This document shows, in pieces, positions 10,501 to 16,545 of a DNA stretch of 64,000 bases. Each line of letters starts with the position of its first letter. The first letter of the stretch is position 1. The stretch is from assembly GCA_016209205.1 (NCBI GenBank), contig JACQWQ010000042.1:13917-77916 (forward strand). The letters are read 5' to 3'. Below the pieces are notes generated by a model. That model worked only from the letters and a program-made list of their open reading frames with translations, was not told where the DNA came from and made no database searches. Source of the DNA: Chloroflexota bacterium (GTDB taxonomy: Bacteria > Chloroflexota > Anaerolineae > UBA4142 > SHND01). The translations under genes and the position numbers were made by a program.

Positions 10501-10699
10501 TGGCGGCGAAGCAGATAATCACGCGCTCAACACGGTACCAAAAGAAACGCTGGTGAAAATCACGAAAGCGGAAGACGGCGGGATGGACGGCAAGGGGAAA
10601 TGGGACGCAGTGGAAACGGGATTCACACCGGGGCATGAGAGTGAGTTTATGCACAAGTACTTGGGTGGGGGGACGGTGGAGGTGAAACGTGAAACGTGA
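7523..10699 (+). CDS. nxrA: Nitrite oxidoreductase / periplasmic nitrate reductase alpha subunit, anammox-type Mo-bisPGD enzyme; apparent in-frame internal deletion
   Basis: AAGGAG RBS, Tat motif SRRTFLK, FS0 motif CSPNDTHAC...HPRGC, Mo-ligand region WSNYTWHGDQAPGHPF, HIGEGINHWFHA, TPKTRHRVHSSW, NPQAAKDLGIEDGDYVYVDANP. A conserved ~90 aa block appears missing after NDLR (8410/8411). Confidence 0.9.
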   Translation: MPPTISRRTFLKLSGAAAIALPFTDLRIQLLSPISVDNPLAGYPDREWEKIYRDQYRYDSSFAFVCSPNDTHACRMRSFVRNGIVLRSEPNYDVAKYADLYGNTATQHWHPRGCKKGQTFHRRMYGPHRLKGPLMRKGWKEWADAGFPELDAANKSKFKFDARGTDELLPVSWDVAYAYIARGMLAIAKRYSGKAGAEFLFKQGYPPEMVEAMGEAGTRTFKCRGGMGLLGVIGKYGMYRFANTLALLDEHVRGVKEEEAKGGRNWSNYTWHGDQAPGHPFTTALQASDEDFNDLRADTLKRLAAREVFADYKPALEPDSYSFQTQGLTPEQYAKLGDYVVRDATSGELKALTRDDVGAALAKKGIDPELDWSGQVKLVDGTAVEVLTLWTMYKEHLKDYDLDSVAEITHAPKNLIERLANDIATIQPAAIHIGEGINHWFHATLANRAQFLPLMLTGNIGKPGAGCYTWAGNYKAALFQGSKETGPGFKGWVAEDPFHVNLDANAPGKDIIAHAYTKDEEPAYWNHSERPLIVETPKYGRKVFTGKTHMPTPTKVQYVTNVNLLNNAKHHYEMIKNVNPNIELIITTDIEMTATVEYADFALAANSWAEFETHEITASCSNPFLQIWKGGIKPLYDTRDDARIMAELAAAIGKEIGDSRFADYWKFILEGKPEVYIQRLLDSSLTTNGYTFDDIMAGKYGEPGAALMLFRTYPRIPFWEQVHDSVPFYTATGRLDAYCDIPEAIEYGENMITHREGPEATPYLPNVIVTTSRFVKPDDYGIPPDAMGWEERTVRNIAMSWDKAKRSKNPLWEKGYAFYCLTPKTRHRVHSSWSTVDWTIILDSNFGDPYRMDKRLPGPGDHQLHINPQAAKDLGIEDGDYVYVDANPADRPYIGWKPDDPFYKVSRLMLRAKYNPAYPYHIVMLKHAPFMATEKSVHAHETRPDGLAKSEGTGYQANLRYGSQQSVTRDWSMPMHQTDTLFHKQKTGMQFIFGGEADNHALNTVPKETLVKITKAEDGGMDGKGKWDAVETGFTPGHESEFMHKYLGGGTVEVKRET

Positions 10700-10934
10700 G
10701 ACGTGAAACGTGAAACGTGAAACGTGAAACGTGAAACGTGAAACGTGAGGCGTGAAACGTGAAACGTGAGGCGTGAAACGTGAGACGTGAGACGTGAGAC
10801 GTGAAACGTGAAACGTGAGACGTGAAACGTGAGACGTGAGACGTGAAACGTGAAACGTGAGACGTGAGACGTGAGACGTGAGGCGTGAAACGTGAGACGT
10901 GAAACGTGAGACGTGAAACGTGAAACGTGAAACG
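10682..10934. repeat. Heptamer tandem repeat GTGA(A/G)(A/G)C, about 36 units
   Basis: Directly visible mosaic of GTGAAAC, GTGAGAC and GTGAGGC; it encodes the last codons and the stop of nxrA. Confidence 0.97.
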
Positions 10935-10959
10935 TCGGGTGATATGGGAGGAGAATTAG

Positions 10960-11151
10960 ATGAACGAGAATCAGAAATTGCAATGCGTGAATTGTGAACG
11001 GACGGTGCAAGAGGTGCCGCTCGTTCCGCTCGTGCTCAAGAATGGGCAAGCATATATTTGCCCTCAGTGCATACCCGTGCTGATTCACAAACCGCAAGTA
11101 TTGATCGGCAAGCTCGCGGGCGCGGAATCTTTGCAACCGCACGAACATTAG
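10960..11151 (+). CDS. Small CxxC...CxxC (zinc-ribbon-like) protein
   Basis: GGAGGAG RBS; CVNC and CPQC motifs; 63 aa; co-oriented with the nxr genes. Confidence 0.7.
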   Translation: MNENQKLQCVNCERTVQEVPLVPLVLKNGQAYICPQCIPVLIHKPQVLIGKLAGAESLQPHEH

Positions 11152-11153
11152 GT

Positions 11154-11253
11154 CAAACATGCCAAACGCGCCAAATGCGCCAAACAAGACAAAAAGACAA
11201 GAGATGCAAAAATTTTGGCGGTTTTGGCAGTTTTGGCAAATTTGGCAGATTTG
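11154..11253. repeat. Inverted pair of 9-mer repeats (GCCAAAC-type, then TTTGGCA-type)
   Basis: Directly visible; the two halves are reverse complements of each other. Confidence 0.85.
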
Positions 11254-11263
11254 AATCAGTGCA

Positions 11264-11602
11264 ATGTTGAGCAAACAAGTTGAAAACGACGACCCGCTGG
11301 AATTGGTGGGGATGGTCTTGCCCGGCGAACCGGGCGAACTCGAAGCGATGGCGGAGTGCTTTATCGAAGAGTACGTCCGCCTCGGCTGGGATGAAATGCG
11401 GTTGATGACGATTTTCCGCAGCCCGATGTTCTTGGCGACGCACCGCATCTATCGCCAAAAGGGTGAAGCCTGGGTGCGCGAGTTGATTCGGGAGATGCTG
11501 AATAAATGGGGTATCACTCGTACTAACTCTACAGATACGCTCGAAGTTCTTGCTGCGTCATGCCCGCTTGTCGCAGAATGGAGCGAAGCACAGTCGGGTT
11601 GA
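11264..11602 (+). CDS. Hypothetical protein in nxr operon (DDPLELVG...EEYVRLG...)
   Basis: Natural-looking 112 aa ORF; its last ~25 codons overlap the hicA 3' end on the opposite strand. Confidence 0.65.
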   Translation: MLSKQVENDDPLELVGMVLPGEPGELEAMAECFIEEYVRLGWDEMRLMTIFRSPMFLATHRIYRQKGEAWVRELIREMLNKWGITRTNSTDTLEVLAASCPLVAEWSEAQSG

Positions 11603-11747
11603 GATCACGCGCGTGCATCGGCACAGTGACGAGTCGCTCGCCTTTTTGTAAGCGAACGTGACTGCCGCGCTGACGAGTCTGGACGAACCCTGCTCGTTCG
11701 AGGGCTTGGATCACTTGGCGCGGTTTGAGAACCGGCAATTTAGGCAT
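11529..11747 (-). CDS. hicA: HicA-family toxin (mRNA interferase)
   Basis: 72 aa; ALERAGF...RQRGSHVRL...VTVPMH...LRSILRQAG with the GSH catalytic motif. Confidence 0.9.
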   Translation of the reverse strand: MPKLPVLKPRQVIQALERAGFVQTRQRGSHVRLQKGERLVTVPMHARDLNPTVLRSILRQAGMTQQELRAYL

Positions 11748-12018
11748 GAGCGTGAATGGAAATGTCTACCTTCAGGGGGAACTGTGCGACGATTTGCCCG
11801 GGCATGGTCTGACGCGGATCATCTTCCGCAGGAGTGGAACGCAAATAGGGCAATCCTGATTCGAAGGCGCCTTCAAGATACAGCGCGACTGCCTCGAGCA
11901 ACATGGCTTTGGCTTGTTCGATGGTATCGCCTTGTGAAGCCACATCGAGTTCGGGACAGAGCGCGCTGTAGCCATCGTCTTCTCGAAGGATGAGACCCGT
12001 GAAATTAAAGTCACTCAT
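11740..12018 (-). CDS. hicB: HicB-family antitoxin
   Basis: YSALCPELDVASQGDTIEQAKAMLLEAVALYLE motif; overlaps the hicA start by 8 nt. Confidence 0.88.
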   Translation of the reverse strand: MSDFNFTGLILREDDGYSALCPELDVASQGDTIEQAKAMLLEAVALYLEGAFESGLPYLRSTPAEDDPRQTMPGQIVAQFPLKVDISIHAHA

Positions 12019-12047
12019 TCTGTTTCACTCCGCCGCAAGTTGCACCA

Positions 12048-12056
12048 ATTATAACA
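12048..12056 (-). promoter_or_regulatory. Extended -10 promoter (TGTTATAAT) for hicBA, antisense to the nxr operon
   Basis: Reverse complement of ATTATAACA; 30 nt upstream of the hicB ATG and ~27 nt upstream of the nxrB ATG. Confidence 0.6.
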
Positions 12057-12082
12057 CACTGACTCGTGACAAGGAGTAACAC

Positions 12083-13322
12083 ATGGCTGATGTTTACAAC
12101 TGGCAGTTGGGTCGCAAGATGACCTATCCCTATCCCGAAGCCCATCCGCAGAAACAATTCGCGGCGGTGTTCAACATCAATCGCTGCATCGGTTGTCAGA
12201 CCTGTACCGGGGCGTGCAAAGCCACGTGGACTTTTTCCAAAGGGCAAGAGTACATGTGGTGGAACAATGTCGAATCGAAACCGTACGGCGGCTATCCGCA
12301 GCAGTGGGACATCAAGATTTTGGAAAAACTCGACGCCGCGCACCAAGCCGCCGGTAAACAGCCCGCGTGGGATTCGACTCAAAGCGATGCCAAAACGCCG
12401 TACGGGACCTACAACGGTCTGACGATCTTTGAAGCGGCGGATCAAATGCAGAACGTCTTGGGCTATTTGCCGCCCGATATGGAATGGCGCGCGCCGAATT
12501 TTTACGAAGACACCGCCACCGCGTACCAAGGCGACGACCTCGGTATCAGCAAACAAGGCGCGTCACTGCCCGAACATCAGACGTGGTTTTTTTACCTTCA
12601 GCGCCTGTGTAATCACTGCACCTACCCCGGCTGTCTCGCGGCGTGTCCGCGTCAAGCCATCTATAAACGTCCTGAAGACGGCATCGTGTTGATTGATCAG
12701 AGTCGCTGTCGCGGTTATCGCAAATGTGTCGAGGCATGTCCGTACAAAAAGAGCATGTTTCGCGGCACGACGCGCACGAGCGAAAAATGCGTCGGCTGTT
12801 ACCCGCGCGTCGAAGGCAATGATCCGTTGAGCGAAGGCGCGCCGATGGAAACGCGCTGCATGGCGGTCTGCCCCGGCAAAATTCGCATGAACGGCTTGGT
12901 GGACATTGCGCAAGACGGCAGCTGGGTCGAGAACCCGCAGCATCCGCTCTATTACCTCGTCAAGGTCGAACAGGTCGCGCTGCCGCTCTATCCGCAGTTC
13001 GGCACGGAGCCGAACATCTATTACATTCCCCCGCGTTGGGCGCCGCGTTCCTATCTGCGCCAAATGTTTGGTCCCGGCGTGGACGCCGCGATTGCCAAAT
13101 ACACCGCGCCCTCGCGCCATTTGCTCGCCGTGCTCCAACTCTTTCGCGCCACACAGCGCATGATCTTTCGCTATGAAATCGAAGCGGGACCGTTGGTACA
13201 CGAGACTGTTGTCAACGGCAAGGTCTGGCAAATGTACAACGATACCGTGATTGGCTTTGACGCCAAGGACCGCGAGGTCGCGCGTTTGAGCGTGGTCGAC
13301 TGCGCGCTTGAATTCGATTTAA
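12083..13322 (+). pseudogene. nxrB: Nitrite oxidoreductase beta (Fe-S) subunit, frameshifted near its 3' end
   Basis: AAGGAG RBS; MADVYNWQLGR, CIGCQTC...C, CNHCTYPGCLAAC, CRGYRKCVEACPY, CVGC, CMAVC motifs. The natural-looking C-terminus ARLNSI* (TAA 13320-13322) is in the +1 frame, so the main frame reads through to 14152. Confidence 0.85.
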
Positions 13323-13436
13323 GTCAAACGTGCCAAACGTGCCAAAGATGCCAAAAATGCCAAACGCGCCAAACGCGCCAAACGTGCCAAACGCGCCAAA
13401 CGTGCCAAAAATGCCAAACCTGCCGAATGCGCCGAA
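13323..13436. repeat. 9-mer tandem repeat (TGCCAAACG-type), about 12 units
   Basis: Directly visible; same family as 11154-11190. Confidence 0.92.
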
Positions 13437-13448
13437 GAGGTCAAGGAG

Positions 13449-14198
13449 GTGCTTGTGTTGACGCTAGAGACCAATGTTCGCCGCGCGCAGGTGTATCGTT
13501 TTCTTGCGGATGCGTTTCTATATCCAACCGAAAATTGGTTGGACGATGCGGATGCGCTGGAACCGATTCTGCGCGCATTGGGAATGGAAACCCCATCGGT
13601 CGTGACCTGCGACCTGCCGCTTGCGACCTGCGACCTGCTACTTGCGGCTTGCAACTTGCGGCTTGCAACTTGCGACCTGCAATCCGAATATCGCCGCGCG
13701 CTCGGCGTCACAGGTTCGGTGTGTTACGAGACCGAATACGGCTTGCCGCACGAATTTCGCCAGAGTCAAGAGCTGGCAGACATTGCCGGTTTCTACAATG
13801 CCTTTGGTTTTCAAATGGGCGGCGCAGTGCGCGAACGCCCCGACCACCTCGCGGCGGAATTGGAATTTATGTGTGTGCTCGCGCTCCAAGAGGCGCGCGC
13901 GCGAGCACACGCCGAACCAGAGCACACCGAAATTTGTTCGGACGCGCAGCGAAAATTTTTGCGCGATCATCTCGGACGCTGGATACATTTGTTCGCTGCG
14001 CGCGTCGCACAAATCGCCTCGCCCGGGATCTATCAACAGCTCGCCGCGTTCACCGCCGCGTTCGTGCGCGCGGACGCGGAACGCTTGGGCGCAGAGCTAA
14101 ACGCTTGCGCCCCGGCGCAAATTTTCCCGACGCCGCCGCCGCAAGACATTGACTGCGGCGGATGCCCGGTCCTGGAATATGCCGACACTACGTATTGA
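13449..14198 (+). CDS. TorD/DmsD/NarJ-family molybdoenzyme maturation chaperone (NxrD-like)
   Basis: AAGGAGG RBS before GTG; YETEYG, LADIAGFYNAFG, ERPDHLAAELEFM, FLRDHLGRW. Contains an in-frame heptamer repeat at 13603-13680. Confidence 0.88.
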   Translation: MLVLTLETNVRRAQVYRFLADAFLYPTENWLDDADALEPILRALGMETPSVVTCDLPLATCDLLLAACNLRLATCDLQSEYRRALGVTGSVCYETEYGLPHEFRQSQELADIAGFYNAFGFQMGGAVRERPDHLAAELEFMCVLALQEARARAHAEPEHTEICSDAQRKFLRDHLGRWIHLFAARVAQIASPGIYQQLAAFTAAFVRADAERLGAELNACAPAQIFPTPPPQDIDCGGCPVLEYADTTY

Positions 14199-15063
14199 AC
14201 CGCAGCTGCTCGAATCACTGACTGCCGTCGAACTTGGACACGCGGCACAAACGGGTGATCGCGCGCTCGTGCGCGATTATCACTCGTTCGCCGATCCGGT
14301 GTACGAGCGCTGCGCGCCGGCTGAGCGCGATAAAGCGTTCGCGCAGCTGCATCTTGTTTGGTTCGAACAGCGCGGTTGGCGCAAATGGTTCGGCGCGCGG
14401 TGGGCAGAATTTCCCGAACTCGCCGCGCGCGCCGCAGGACTGTTGCTGTTGGAGGCGCGGTGGAAACAAGAAGAAGGCGCGGTGCTGGGACGTGATAGCA
14501 CTGGCGTTTGTTTGCGCGTGCTGCCAATTCGCTTTGCCAACCGCGCGCAGTTCGAAGTATTCGTGCGCCACGAATTTTTGCACGCCTGCGACATGCTCGA
14601 CCCCGCGTTCGGCTACCGCATCGAACATTCAGAACCTTGCAGCGCAGCAAACGCGTCGGCAGAACGATACCGCGCGTTGTGGTGCGCCTACGTGGATGCG
14701 CGAATGACGCGCCGCGGGTTTGTATCGCTCGTCCAGCCGGATACACATCGCCGCGCTTTGGCGCACGCGTTCTCAGCGCTCACGGCGGCACAGCAAACCG
14801 CGCTGTTTGAGCAAGTTTGGAATGCAGCGACGCTGACGCACGCGGAGTTGTACGAACGGGCGCGACGCCTCGAGGACAAGCGAACTAACGCGCCGCGCCC
14901 CGGCACGCGCTGCCCGCTGTGCTTTTTCCCCACCTTTGATTGGGCGTCGAACATCGCGCCTGCGGTCGCACGATCCATCCGCGCCGATTTTCCGACGTGG
15001 GATGTTTCCAATGGCGCATGCGCCCGCTGTGTCGAACGTTACGAACTGACAATTCACGGTTGA
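14179..15063 (+). CDS. Hypothetical protein with HExxH motif and C-terminal CxxC...CxxC
   Basis: RHEFLHACDMLDP, CPLC and CARC motifs; start overlaps the chaperone stop region. Confidence 0.75.
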   Translation: MPTLRIEPQLLESLTAVELGHAAQTGDRALVRDYHSFADPVYERCAPAERDKAFAQLHLVWFEQRGWRKWFGARWAEFPELAARAAGLLLLEARWKQEEGAVLGRDSTGVCLRVLPIRFANRAQFEVFVRHEFLHACDMLDPAFGYRIEHSEPCSAANASAERYRALWCAYVDARMTRRGFVSLVQPDTHRRALAHAFSALTAAQQTALFEQVWNAATLTHAELYERARRLEDKRTNAPRPGTRCPLCFFPTFDWASNIAPAVARSIRADFPTWDVSNGACARCVERYELTIHG

Positions 15064-15068
15064 CGGTT

Positions 15069-15226
15069 CAGGTCTCAGGTCGCAGGTCGCAGGTTTCACG
15101 TTGCAGGTCGCAGGTCGCAAGTCGCAAGTCGCAGGTTTCACGTTGCAAGTCTCAAGTCTCACGTCACAGGTCGCAGGTTTCACGTTGCAGGTCGCAGGTC
15201 GCAGGTTTCACGTTTGACGTTTCACG
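15069..15226. repeat. Heptamer repeat mosaic (GTCGCAG, GTTGCAG, GTTTCAC, GTCTCAC)
   Basis: Directly visible; the GTTTCAC/GTCTCAC units are reverse complements of the 10682-10934 units. Confidence 0.92.
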
Positions 15227-15243
15227 CATTCGCGTATCGCGTG

Positions 15244-15338
15244 TCGCACCATCGCACTATCGTACTATTGCACTATCGCACCATCGTACTATCGCACCAT
15301 CGCACTATCGCACCATCGCACTATCGCACTATCGCACT
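15244..15338. repeat. Octamer tandem repeat (ATCGCACT / ATCGCACC)
   Basis: Directly visible, about 11 units. Confidence 0.9.
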
Positions 15339-15356
15339 CACTTTCACGGAGTCTTT

Positions 15357-16412
15357 ATGCGCAGAAAAAATCTCATTGTCATTGGTTTGATTCTCGGAGT
15401 GACGCTCGCGCTGAGAATCTTTAACATTCCAATAGCCAGTTCACAAGGACCCACACTGGTTGCTACACACGTGAGCGATGCGCTGCCCGCAACCGACCCC
15501 GCCGCGGCGTTGTGGCAAAAGGCAACTCCGCTCGAGGCGCCCTTGAGCGCGCAGCAAGTGACCGCACCCGCGCTGCCCCAGACGAACGTCAAGGCAGTCA
15601 CCGCGCGCGCGTTGTATAACGATTCCCAGCTCGCCATTCTGGTCGAGTGGAGCGACCCGACCAAGAACGACGAAATGGTGCGCATTCAGGATTTCCGCGA
15701 CGCGGTGGCAGTGCAGTTTCCCATCGGCGATCAGCCGCTCTTTGTCTGCATGGGACAGGTGGACGGCAATGTCAACATTTGGCATTGGAAAGCGGATTGG
15801 CAAAAGGATCTGACGGGCTGGCAGGACATACAGACCATCTATCCGAACATGAACGTGGACCAATATCCCTTTGCGCGGGTCGCGATGCCCGCGCCTTCGG
15901 ATTACGCGGATCCGAATTATGTGCCCGCGTTCGCCGCCAAAAATCTTTTTGCGCTGCCGCGCAAATCGCCGGTTGAAAATCTCGTCGCAGGCGGCTTTGG
16001 CACCTTGACCTCGCAGCCGCCCGACGCGCAAATTGTCGCGGGTTTTGGCGAATGGAGCGGTTCCAAGTGGCGCGTAATTTTCACGCGTGACCTCAAAGCA
16101 GCGGGCGCGGATATGAAAAGTTTCGATCCCACGAAAGTGACGCCAATCGCCTTTGCGGCGTGGGATGGCGCGAACGGCGAACGCAACGGGCAAAAGTCCG
16201 CGTCGCAGTGGGCGAATCTCCAATTTGAAAGCGCGCCAGCACAAACGCAGACGACAGGACAGCCCGGCGCTTCCGAGCCGCCCGTCAAGCGCGTCGTCAT
16301 TCCTTCTCCCACGCCACCGAATACCGCCGTGCTCATTGGGGTCTTTGTCATTCTGGGCGTCGTCACCGCGCTCACCGGATTGATCTTGAAAGCACGTGGC
16401 GATTGGGAATGA
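15357..16412 (+). CDS. Ethylbenzene-dehydrogenase-gamma-like heme b subunit (NxrC candidate) with C-terminal membrane anchor
   Basis: GGAG RBS; N-terminal signal/TM; LVEWSDPT, DAVAVQFP, CMGQ...VNIWHWKADWQ, AFAAWDG...GQKS (candidate Met/Lys heme ligands); C-terminal hydrophobic helix. ATG 15357 preferred because the ORF extension back to 14940 is repeat-derived. Confidence 0.8.
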   Translation: MRRKNLIVIGLILGVTLALRIFNIPIASSQGPTLVATHVSDALPATDPAAALWQKATPLEAPLSAQQVTAPALPQTNVKAVTARALYNDSQLAILVEWSDPTKNDEMVRIQDFRDAVAVQFPIGDQPLFVCMGQVDGNVNIWHWKADWQKDLTGWQDIQTIYPNMNVDQYPFARVAMPAPSDYADPNYVPAFAAKNLFALPRKSPVENLVAGGFGTLTSQPPDAQIVAGFGEWSGSKWRVIFTRDLKAAGADMKSFDPTKVTPIAFAAWDGANGERNGQKSASQWANLQFESAPAQTQTTGQPGASEPPVKRVVIPSPTPPNTAVLIGVFVILGVVTALTGLILKARGDWE

Positions 16413-16545
16413 ACATCAATGCACCATGGTGAATGCTCAATGCTGAATGCTCAATGCACAATGCGCAATGCGCAAAGAGGTTGATTTTGTGCGAGGCGAT
16501 TGGGAATGAACACCAATGCACAATGCTGAATGCAGAATGCTTGAT
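16398..16545. repeat. Heptamer repeats (TGCTCAA / TGCACAA / TGCTGAA) plus a ~30-bp direct duplication of the nxrC 3' end
   Basis: GGCGATTGGGAATGAACA(T/C)CAATGCAC occurs at ~16398 and ~16494. Confidence 0.8.

Noticed and set aside
10682-10934. Possible CRISPR array or coded information in the heptamer mosaic
   Set aside because: Units are 7 bp with no unique spacers and there are no cas genes; variant order fits slippage and point mutation.
10519-11448. 309-aa minus-strand ORF with SHVSRFT repeats
   Set aside because: Translation of simple repeats, antisense to real genes.
12083-14152. 689-aa NxrB fusion with a Cys-rich, metallothionein-like tail
   Set aside because: The tail comes from a frameshift reading through a 9-mer repeat and the chaperone gene in another frame; the natural end is visible in +1.
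14940-15356. Long N-terminal extension of the NxrC-like ORF
   Set aside because: Encoded by repeats and the previous gene; an RBS and signal peptide support ATG 15357.
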